Shown here piece by piece: positions 53,229 to 64,000 of a stretch of 64,000 bases of DNA. Made by a program: the position numbers and the translations under genes. The stretch spans positions 53,384,001-53,448,000 of the forward strand of contig NC_045696.1 of assembly GCF_009834535.1 (NCBI RefSeq). Reading direction: 5' to 3'. The notes under the pieces were generated by a model. That model searched no databases and had not been told where the DNA came from. It saw only the letters and a program-made list of their open reading frames with translations. Position 1 is the first letter of the stretch. The number at the start of each line of letters is the position of its first letter. This DNA is from Camelus ferus (lineage: Eukaryota).

Positions 53229-54510
53229 CAGTCCAAAGGCATCTACTATGCACAGCTGGAGGATGACACTGCAGCCAAGCCTAACTACCTGTGTACCATG
53301 AAGAATTGGCAATCCAGCAGCCCGCAGAGGACTGGATGATCCTGGAGTTCTCCCAGCTGGGCTTCATTGGGAAGATGTTCAAGTGGCTGGACCTGAGCCT
53401 AAACGTGGAGTTCATCCTCATGTTCTGTGGGGACAAGCCTGTCGACTGGCTCCTGGACCATACCCTGCGGGAGGTCTGCAACCTGAGAAGGACTGGGACC
53501 CACAGAAGGCCAACCTGAGGATCTGCCTCAAGCTATCCCTCTTCCAGGATGTGGGCCCTCACTCCTCACCGGCTGGTGGGCAATAACCAGAAACTGAAGG
53601 ATAAGGACTGTGGGAAGCAGGTGCAGCGGAAAAGGAACGTGAACCAGCTGGTCGAGGTGAGCGCCGGCCTGGAGACGTACCAGCACTTACCCCCGGACAA
53701 GGCCCACCTGCGTGAGGATTCTTCTCGGCCTTCGCGCAGGCTGCTGGGGCCTCCATCCGCTTCCGCTTCTTCCCGCAGCGGCGTCTCAAGCGGTTGGACG
53801 TCCGCACGGGGAGCTGGGCTCTCCCTAGGACAAGCCCTCAGTGGACGTGCTGCTGTCTGCTAACCCAGTCGGACCAGGAGGCGCTGAAGGAGGGTCGCTC
53901 TGTCACCCCACAGTACCTTCGCAGCCCTGACGGCACCCCCAGGGCCGCCCCTCCAGCAGAGTGCAGTGACAGCAGGAGAAGTGGCCCCCTGGAAGCACGG
54001 CGCCTCTCCAGTCAGCCAGCCTCGCTGGTGGGGGTTATTTTAATCCAAACCTCCCTGGAAACAGCCCGCTAACCTAGAGGGCTTCTGAGGACGAGCTTCG
54101 CTGGCCCTGAAGCCCATGAGACCTGGAAGGTCGTGGCTGCTGCCTCCGAGGGCCAGGCAGGGCTGCCCCAGCTGGACAGGTTCTGCCTGGCGCCCCCCTC
54201 AGCGACCTGGGGTTCCCGCGGGCCCCAGGCCCAGAACTGAGTGCTGCCTCGCGCGCCGGCCAGGCTGTGAGGGGCCGGGACGCCCCGACGCGGTGCCCCC
54301 GGAAGCAGAAACCTTCGCACCCGCCCCGGAACCAGGCCGCCCACTGGAGAAGATTTTTTCGCCGGGTTCCTCGCCGTCTTCTCGAACGCTGAAGTGCGCA
54401 TCTGACTGGACATACTTTGGTTTTGGTTCGTGCATACATTTCATTCTTTCAGGTAAGTCCACATATACTTCTATAAAAGCATGACTTATAATCGGTTAAT
54501 GAAGAAAAAA
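53229..54510 (+). pseudogene. MGAT4B: MGAT4B processed pseudogene, 5'-truncated
   Basis: Successive frames give [102 protein letters not shown] and GPLEA.RLS, with a stop at 54070-54072. This matches the C-terminal half of GnT-IVb. It is intronless, has several frameshifts, a GC-rich 3'UTR and a short A tract ending at 54510. No clear TSD. Confidence 0.93.
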
Positions 54511-54939
54511 GCATATTGTGCATAGAAGTAAAATCTTACATAAAGTATGGAAGATTTATCTAGAGTCTAAGGCTTGTTTAAGTCCTGGGGTCTCAGGATG
54601 ATATCGTTCTTGGTCTGTGGACTACTTAAAGGAGAACAAAAGCTATATTTAAAATGGGAGGTTACATCTTGCTGAATCTAAGGTTTTTCAGCCATTATCC
54701 TGTTTTTCTTAATCTCCATCTATTTCTGTTGGCTTCTCAAGTCATTTTAAAAAGAATATTGAATATTGCTTTTTAAAAAGCTTTAAGTTCCGAAAGGTAG
54801 AAGCTATGCATGTGTTGATTAAAGTATTTGCATTGTGTGTGTACATTTTAATTATGTTTACCATATTACACGTCTCAAATACCATAGGTAATTGTGGATT
54901 ACAGTATTTTCCGGACGGAGTTCATTTTAAGTCTCTTTT

Positions 54940-57360
54940 TTAACGTAAGTATAGTTGATTTATAGCATTGCATTAATTTCAGATGTACAGCATTGTGATT
55001 CAGTATTTTGCAGATTATATTCCATTATAGGTCATTACAAGATATTGCAACATTGATACTCTGTTTTCATTTCCTTTAGGCATATATCCAGAAGTAGAAT
55101 TGCTGTATTATATGGTAGATCTATTTTAAATTGTTTGAGGAACCTCCATGTTGTTTTCCGCAGTAGTTGAATCAACTTGCATTCCTACAGCAATGTTGCC
55201 TTTTCACCACAGCCTCACCAGCACCTGTTGTCTCTTGTCTTCCTGTTGATAGTCATTCTAACAGGTGTGAGGTGATATCTCATTGTAGTTTTGGTTTACA
55301 TTTCCTGATGATTAGTGATGTTGAGCAGCTTTTTATGTGTCTGTTGGACATTTTGATGTTCTCTTTGGAGAAATGTCTCATTAGTTCTGCCATGTTTTAA
55401 TCAGGTTGGTTTTTTAGATTGTTGTTTTTGTTTTTGAATTGACTGAGTTCTTTATATATTTTGAATATTAACCCCCTTTCCTATACATGGTTTGCAAAAA
55501 TTTTTTCTCTGTGGGTTGTATTCATTTTTTTAATTGTTTCTTTTGCTGTACAGAAGCTTTTGAGTTTGATGTAGTCTCATTTATTGATTTTATTTTTGTG
55601 TTTGTGCTTTTGACATCATAAAAATTATTACCAAGACCAATTTTGATGAGCTGCTTCCTTATGTTTCCTTTTAGGAGTTTTATTATATAAGGTCTTATAT
55701 ATAAGTCTTTGATCCATTTTGAGTAAAATTTTTAAGTAGTGTGAGATAGGAGTCCAGTATCGTTGTTCTGCGTGTGTTTCTCCAGTTTTCTGCACCACTT
55801 ATTGAAGAGACTATCCTTTACTTGTTATTGGTCTGTTCAGATTTTCTAGTCCTTCCTCCTTCAATCTTAGTAGGTTGTGTGTTTAAGAAATGTACCATTT
55901 CTTCTAGATTATGTAATTTATTGGCATATGGTTAGTCATAAGTCTCTTATGATTGTAGGTATTTGTATCATCAGTTGTACTGTCTACACTTTTATTTCTA
56001 ATTTTGAGTCTTCTGGTTTTCTGTTTAGTTGAGCTGAAGATTTCTCAATTTTAACTTTTTGAGGAACGATATCTTAGTTTTGTTGAGTTTTTCCTGTTGT
56101 TTTTCTAGTCTCCATTTCATTTATTTCCACTCTGGGCCTTATTGTTTCCTTCCTTCTGCTAACTTTGGACTTAATTTATTCTTTTTCTAGTTTCTTGACG
56201 TATAAAATTAGGATATTTATTTGAGGTATTTCAAATTTCTTAATATATGCATTTATTGCAATAAACTTTCAGAACTGCTTTTGCTGCAATGAACCATATT
56301 TGACATGTTGTGTTTTCATATTCAGTTGTGATAAGTTTTTATTTTACTTTTAATTTCTTTGACCCAGTTGTTTAGAAATGTGTTTTAATTTTCACATATT
56401 TGTGAATCTTCTCAATTTCCTCTTGTTGATTTCTGGTTTCATACCATTGTGGTCAGAGAAGATGGTATGATTTCAGTCTTCTAGAATTTACTGAGATTTG
56501 TTTGGTGGTCTGTCATGTGATCTAACCTGGCTCATGTTCCATATGCTCTTGAGAAAAATGTATATTCTGCTACTGTTGGGTGGAATGTATATGTCTATTA
56601 AGTTTATTCCAAAGTGTGGTTCAATTTCAATGTTTCTTTGTTAATTTTCTGTCTGGATGATCTATTCATTACTGAAGTGGGTTACTGACGTCCCCTAAAA
56701 TTATTGTATTTTTGTCTATTTATCCCTTAATATCAGTTATTAATTGCTTAATATATCTCAGTGATTGGGTGTTGGGAGCATATACGCTTATGATTATTAT
56801 ATCTTCTTGATATCCTGACCCCCTTATCATTATATAATGACCTTCCTTGTTTCTCATTACCCTTTTTGTCTTGAATCTATTTTGTCTGATAAAGATATGG
56901 TTATACCACCTTCTTTTCATTTCCATTTGCTAAGAATACCATCTTCCATCTTTCACAGTGGGCTTATGTGTGTCTTTAGAGCTGAAAGTAGTCTCCTGTA
57001 GGCAGGTATATTGGGTCTTGGTTTTAAAATCCATCTAGCCATTCTGTGCCTTATAATTAGTCACTTCAATCTGCTTACCTTTAGGGTGATTATTAATATG
57101 TAAGGATTACTACTACCATTTAATCTTTTGTCATTTTATTATTTTGTCTCTCTGTTGTTTCTTTTTTTCTTCTGTTTTTGTCTACCTTGGTAAGTTGGTG
57201 TTTATCCATGGTGATTTGCTCAGTCTCCTCCCTTTTTGTTTCATATCTCTGTTCTAGATTTTTGCTTTGTGGTTACCATAAGGTTTACATAAAACACCTA
57301 ATAGATAAAATAGTCCTTTTAATGCTGATAGCAGTTTATCTTCATTTCCCTTTAAAGGAT
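54940..57360 (-). mobile_element. L1 with internal deletions (3' end, part of ORF2, endonuclease)
   Basis: L1 3' terminus motif at ~54947 (aagtatagttgattta). ORF 56720-56926 (RNKEGHYIMIRGS..QEDIIIISVYAPN) is L1 endonuclease. Discontinuities at ~55047 and ~55820. Confidence 0.9.
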
Positions 57361-57374
57361 CGATATACGTATAC

Positions 57375-60300
57375 TTCTTTTAATGGAGCATAGTTGATTT
57401 ACAATGTTATGTTAGTTTCAGATATACAGCATAATGATTCATTTTTTGCAGATTATATTCATTTATAGGCTATTAAAAGATATTGTGTATAATTCCTGTG
57501 CTATACAGTAAACCCTTAATGCTTAAATCTATTTTATGTATAGTAGTTTGCATCTGTTACTCCCATATTCCTCATTTGTTGCTCCAGAGGTCTCAGTCTC
57601 CTTTGGTAACTATGAGTTTGGTTTCCATATCTGTGAGTGTGTTTCTGTTTTGTATATAGATTCGATTATATTTTTTAGCATTCCAAATATAAGTGATATC
57701 ATATAATATTTGTCTTTCTCTGTCTGACTTAATCAATTAGCATAGAAGTTGTTAGGTACATCCACATTGCTGCAAATGGCAAAGTTTCATTCTTTGTTAT
57801 GGCTGAAAAATATTCCATTGTGTGTGTGTATGTATATAAATAAAACATATTCTTAATCCAATCATCTGTCTTTTGGTACTTGAGTTGCTTCCATGTAGCT
57901 ATTATAAATAGTGCTGCTGTGAACATTGGGAGAGCATGTATTTTTCAAATTAGTTTTTTTTTTTTTTTTCCCAGATATAAACCCAGCGGTGGAATTCCTG
58001 GGTCATATGGTGGATGTAGTTTTAATTTTTTAAGAACCTCCATACTGTTTTTCATAGTGGCTGCACCAGTGTACATTCCCACCACAGTGTGTCCCTCTTT
58101 GTCCACAGCCTTTCCAACATTTGTTATTTGCAGACTATTTCATGGTAGCCATTCTGACAGGTCTGAGGTGATATCTCATTGTAGTTTTGATTTGTGTTTC
58201 TCTAATGGCAACCTTGAGCATCTTTTCATGTGCCTGTTAGCCATCTGTCATCTTGGAAAAATGTATACTCAAGTCTTCTGCCTGTTTTTTCACTGGATTG
58301 TTTGTTTTGATATTGAGTATGAGCTGTTTGTATATTTTGGATGTTAACAGTTTGTTGGTCACATCATTTGCAAATATGTTCTCCCATTCAGTAGGTTGTC
58401 TTTTCTTATTGTTGGTAATTTCCTTTGCTGTACAAAAGCTTTTAAGTTTAATTAGGTTCCACTTATTTATTTTTGCTTCTATTTCCACTGTTTTGTGAGG
58501 TTGATCTAAGAAAATATTGCTATGATTTATGTCAGAGAATGTTTGGCCTATGTTCTCTTCTAGAATTTTTACTGTGTCACGTCTTTTATTTAGGTTGTTG
58601 TGGGTTTATTTTTGTATATAGTGTGCAAGAATGTTCTAATTTCATTGATTAACATGGAGCTGCTTGTCTTTCCCAACACTGCTTACTGAAGAGGCTGTCT
58701 TTTCTCCATTGCATATTCTAGCCTCCTTTGTCATAGATTGATCATAGGTTTATGGGTTTATTTCTGTGTCTCTATTCTGTTCCATTGATCTATGCATCTC
58801 TTTTTGCACCAGTACTATGCTGTTTTGATTACTGTAGCGTTGTAGCATGGTATGAAATCTGGAAGGGTTATACCACCAGCTTTGTTCTTTTTTCTCAGGA
58901 TTGCTTTAGAAATTTTTGGTTTTTTGTGGTTTCATATAAATTTTAGGGTCATTTGTTTTAATTCTGTGAAAAACATCCTGAGTACTTTGATAGGGATTAC
59001 ATTAAATCTGTGGATTGCTTTGGGTAGTATGGTCATTTTAATCATACTGATTATTTCAATCCAAGAGCACAAGAGATCTTTCCATTTTTTGAGTCATTTT
59101 CAGTTTCCTTTATGAGTGTTTTATAGTTTCCAGAGTATAGATGTTTCACCTATTTGGTTGTTTATTCCTAGGTATTTTATATTTTTGACAAAAGTTCAAG
59201 TGGGATTCTTTTTTACTTTCTCTTTACAATATTTTATTATTAGTGTAAAGAAATGAAACAGATTTCTTAATATCTTGTATCCTGCTACATTGTTGAATTC
59301 ATTTACTAGTTCTAATAGTTTTTTTGTGTGGAGCCTTCAGGGTTCTCTATATAGAGTACCATGTCATTTGCAAATGGTGACAGTTTTACCTCTTCCCCTC
59401 CAATTTCTATAACCTATCTGATTGCTGTGGCTAGGACTTCCAATACTATGTTAAGCAGTGGTGGTGAGAGTGGGCATCCTTATCTTTTTCTTGAATTTAG
59501 CAGGAATGTTTTCAGCTTTTCACTGTTGAGTATTATGTTGGCTGTGAATTTGTCATAAATGGCCTTAATTATGTTGAGATCTGTTTTCTCTATACCCACT
59601 TTGGTGAGAGTTTTTCTCATGAATGGATGCTGAATTTCATCAAGTGCTTTTTCTTCATCTATGGAGATGATCATGTGTTTTTCATCTTCCTTTTTTAATA
59701 TGGTGTATTACATTGATTTTTTTTTATTTGAACCATCTGAGTGACTCTGGAATGAATCCAATTTGATCATAGCCTATGATCCTTTTTATGTGTTATTGAA
59801 CTCTGTTAATATTTTGTTGAGGACTGTTTCATCTATATTTGTCAAAGATATTGTCCTATAATTTTCTTTTTTATAGTGTCTTTGTTTGATTTTTGTATCA
59901 GGCTACTTGTGGCTTTGTAAAATAAATTTTAAAGTGTTACCTCCTCTTCAACTTTTTCAGCAAGTTGGAGAAGGCTGCTTAGAAGTTCTTTACATGTTTG
60001 GTAGAATTCCTCAGTGAAGCCGTCCTGTCCTGGACTTGCAGGGAGATTTCTTTTTTTTTTTTTTAACAGATTCTATTTCATGTCTAGTGATTGGTCTGTT
60101 CAAATTGTCTGTTACTTCTTGACTCAGTCTTGGCAGGCTGTATATGTCCAGATATGTGTCCATTTCTCATAGGTTGTCCAGTTTGTTGGCATATAACTGT
60201 TCATAGTATTCTCTAATGATTTATTGTTTCTCTGTGATACTGGTTATTATTTTTCCTCTTTCATTTCTCATGTTGTTTATTTAGATTCTCTCTCTTTTCT

Positions 60301-63300
60301 TCTTGGTGAGCTTGGCAAAGTTTGTCAAATTTGTTGACCTTTTCAAAAGACCAGCTCTTGGTTTCATTGATCTTTTTCTATTTTTTTAAAAAGTTTATTT
60401 GTTTCCTCTATGATTTTTATTATTTCCTTCCTTATGCTGACTTTGGGCTTCATTTGTTTTTCTGCTTCTAATTATTTCAGGTGGTAGGTTAGATTTTCAT
60501 TTGAGAATTTTCCTGTTTCCTGAAGGTGTGTATTGTTGTGAAAATCTCTTTAGAGATACTTTTGTTGCATACCATAGAATTTTGTAAAGTTGTTTTCATT
60601 TGTCTCGAGGTATTTTCTGGTTTCCTCTTACATTTCATTGTTAACCCATTGATTTTTTTAATAGCATGCTATTTAGTCTTCATGCGTTTGTTATTTTCCC
60701 ATTTTTCTTTCTGTGGTTGGTTTCATGTTTCATGCTGTTGTGATCAGAAAATGTGCTTGAAATAGTTTCTGTCCTTAAATTTGTTGAGGATTGTTTTGTG
60801 ACCTAGTATGTGTTCTATCCAGGAGAATGTTTTATCTTGAAAAAAACATATGTATTCTTCTGCTTTATTTGGATGTGATATCCTGTAGATGTCAATTAAG
60901 TCCAACTGGTCTACTATGCCATTTAAAACCTCTGTTGCTTTACTGATTTTTCTTTTTGGATGATCTGTCTATTGATGTCAGTGGGGTGTTAAAAGTCTCC
61001 TACTATTGTTATTATTGTCAATTTCTCCCTTTAAGTTTCTTAGTGTTTGCTTTATATAGAGGGAGGCTCCTGTATTGGGTGTATATATGATAACAAGTGT
61101 AACAACCTCTTCTTGTATTGATCTCTTTATTATTATATGATATCATTCTCTGTCTTTTGTTATAGCCTTTATTTTAAAGTCTAATTTGTTTTATATGAGT
61201 ATTGCTACCCCTGCTTTCTTATTCTTTGTTTGCATGAAGTATCTTTTTCTATCGCTTCACTTTCAGTCTGTCTTTTGCTGTGAACTGTCTCTTAAATTCA
61301 CTGTTTTGAAGGGTATTTTTTCATCCAATCAGCCACCCTCTGTCTTGATTTGAACATTTAGTCCATTGACATTCAGAGTAATTATTGAGAGGTATGCACT
61401 TATTTCCATTTTGTTTCTTCTTTTCCAACTGTTTTTATAGATTTACTTTCTTTTTGTTTTTCCTATTGTGTTTTAATGATTTTCTTTTGTAGTCCGCTTG
61501 AGTTCCTTTTTGTTTTCTGTGCATCTGTTGTAGGCTTTTGATTTGTGGTTACCATAGGGTTAATGAATATTGACCAATAATTATAACTACTTGCTTTAAA
61601 CTAATAATCATTCAAGTTCAAACAACTTCTAAAAGATCTACATTTTTTACTCCAATTCCCCACATTTTGTGTTTTAATGTCCTATTTTACATCTTAATGC
61701 TTATCTTTTTACTGTTTATTGTAGTTAGTTAGTTTTACATTTGTGCATGTGTGGTTTTTAAACTACATACTGGCTTACTTAAGTAATCTTCAATCCTTAC
61801 TGTATATTTGCCTGTCCTGTTGGAACTTTCCCATTTCTATAGATTGTTGCTTCTCTTCTATTTAGAGAACACCCTTCAACATTTCTTTTAATATAGGTTT
61901 AGTATTGCTGAATTCTTTTAGTTGTTGCTTGTTTGAGAAATTCTTTATCTCTCCTTCTATTCTTAATGTCTTTCTGGGTAGCAGAACCTTTCCTAGGCTG
62001 CAGGTTTTTCCTTTCAGGAATTTGAATATATCATGCCACTTCCTTCTGACCAGCAAAGTTTCTGCAGAGAAATCAGCTGACAGCCTTATGGAGATTTATA
62101 TAACTCTTTGTTTTTCTCCTGCTGCCTTTAGAATCCTCCCTTTACTTTTCTTTCACTTTTTTGCCATTTTTATTGTGGTATATCTTAATGCAGTTCTGTT
62201 CAGGTTCCTCTTGTTTGAAACTCTCTGCTTCCTGTACCTGGATATCTGTTTCCTTCTTTACGTTTAGGAATTTATCAGTCATAATTTCTTCAAATACATT
62301 TTCAATTCTCTTCTATCTCTCTTCTCCATCTGGAACTCCTATTATGTGTAGGCTGGCACATTTTATATTGGCCCATAGATCTTATATATTGCTTTCTTTA
62401 TTTATATATTTGTCTTTCTATCTGCTGTTCTGATTGGGTGATTTCTATTATTTTGTCTTCCAGATTTCTTACTCATTCTTCTGGTATTTAGTCTGCTATT
62501 CATTGCTTCTAGATTGCTTTTTATCTCAGTAATTGAATTATCAATTTTTGTTTGGGTCATCTTTATAGCTTCTGGTTCTTTGTTAAAATATTTTACATCT
62601 ATATTGATAATTTTTGTTAATTCAGGTAGCATTTCTATTACCACCTTTTAAAATTTGTTTGCTGGTGGACTAATGATCTCTGTTTCATTGTTTTTTTCAG
62701 GGGTTTTCTCTTGCCCTTTCAGTTGGGAGTAGTCCCTCTGCCTTTTTATTTTCATTAACTTTCTCTGTCTATGAATTTAGGAGAAAACATTATCCTCTGT
62801 CGTTTTGATAGGGTGTTTTTAATGTGAGAGCATTCCTATATAGAGTGTATCTACCCAGTGTGTTTGGTACAAGGATTGGTTTTGATGGGAACACCAGTTA
62901 TGTCTTTCCTGAGGATGTGCTGGCTGATATCACCTTGATAGGGGATGTAGTTAGTGTATAGGCTCTAAAGCCTGCACAGGATATGAGGCAGGACTTTCAC
63001 CCTGCTTTGTGACCTGTCACCATCCTGTCAGCTGTAGGGTCTGCTCCCTAGTTGCTGGAGCAGAAGCCCTGCGGGTGGGGCTCAAGATGGCTGTGTTCCC
63101 TTTAAGTGTGTGTTTTTCCTTCTCTCCATACTGTGGCCTTTGCCTCAAAGGAGGGAAGTGCTGAACTGAGACTTGTGCACTCAAAAGAGTTCCTGTGAGC
63201 TGCCTGTATAGGTGTCTGCAGCTCACCTCAGAAGCAACCCAAGGTCACATTCCCTTCCTCTGTTGTAATCATCCCAGATCTAGTGCAGTGCTGTGGTGTC

Positions 63301-64000
63301 GAATGGCTGGGGCAGGGGGCCACATTGTTGTGGCTACAGGTATTAAGGTGGCTCTTGTTTTGCCAGAGATCTGGGCTGCCTCTGTGGCAGACTTCCCCCA
63401 GGACCTGTCTGCCTCTGATCTAGGGCTAAGCTTCTATGTGGAATGGGCTGGGCTGGGGTGCATGGGAAACCTGGTGGTTCATGAGAGTGCTGATAGTGGC
63501 TGCCATCACTCCACCCAGATCTGTCTCTGCATAACTAGTTGAGTCTTTTCCTAGGGCCCTGTTGGCCCAGATCCTGAGCCTAGCTGTGGTATGGAATGTG
63601 TGGACCTGGGGCTTTCATCCCACTTAAATTTGGGAGCTTAGTGAAGTGCAGAACTCTCTCCACCGTTTGTTGGCAAGCCAGTATCCACGCATTCTTTGAG
63701 AGTGGAATCTAGGCTTCTCCAGCCTTTCTGCCTGTCCCAGAAGTTCTCTCAGAAGTCAAGGGGGTTTGTCCGTTTCACATAGGACTCCAGGACTGGGATG
63801 CCCATGCTGTGGCTCAACCCACTTGCTCAATAGTACAAAAGCCTTCCCATGAGGACCTTATGTTCCCTTCAGATCCCTCCCAGGGAGGTCCTAACCCTGT
63901 GCCTTTTTTCCATTGTACTTGGTTATGTGGAAATCTTTCTTGCAGCTTTGATTGCATAGGAGGTTTGTTTGTTTGTTTGTTTGCCAGTTTCTCGTTTGTT
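57375..64000 (-). mobile_element. Near-full-length decayed L1 (3'UTR, ORF2, ORF1, 5' region running off the window)
   Basis: ORF fragments: MFTAALF (ORF2 C-terminus), KINKWNLIKLKSFCTAKE, and [35 protein letters not shown] (RT). RRKWHDIFKFLK..EGEIKNFSNKQQLKEFSNTKPILKEMLKGVL is ORF1. All are interrupted by stops or frameshifts. Confidence 0.95.

Noticed and set aside
53559..54484. Several overlapping 80-120 aa ORFs on both strands
   Set aside because: Expected in GC-rich, stop-poor pseudogene sequence. None restores an intact MGAT4B frame.
1..64000. Prokaryote-type systems (CRISPR arrays, operons, defence islands), tRNA and rRNA genes
   Set aside because: The sequence is clearly mammalian intronic DNA. 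I saw no repeat-spacer arrays or structural RNA genes, and the only tRNA-like box belongs to a SINE.

Overview
Mammalian genomic DNA, probably camelid: a tRNA-derived SINE at 39561-39670 resembles the camelid SINE as I recall it. The only intact coding sequence I can support is the first coding exon (exon 1b) of LSAMP, an IgLON neural adhesion gene. It lies on the minus strand at 14399-14553, with a CpG-rich 5'UTR/promoter to about 15200. Lower coordinates are the following intron (exon 2 was not seen). Higher coordinates are upstream sequence, which in human and rodents is the very large intron after the alternative exon 1a. The rest is mostly interspersed repeats (L1, L2, MIR, MER2B/MER8/MER3/MER5, MLT1, a probable ERV LTR). 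There are two processed pseudogenes: SUMO2 (38876-40415, nested in an old L1 and itself carrying two insertions) and a 5'-truncated MGAT4B (53229-54510). I found no convincing new multi-gene system. The best leads are: a CpG island plus a perfect splice donor inside the decayed MGAT4B retrocopy; a candidate L1 3' transduction inside the SUMO2 retrocopy; an unidentified decayed coding-like segment near 19.3 kb; and clustered UG repeats just after the LSAMP donor. Gene and repeat names come from recalled sequences, not searches, and repeat boundaries are approximate.
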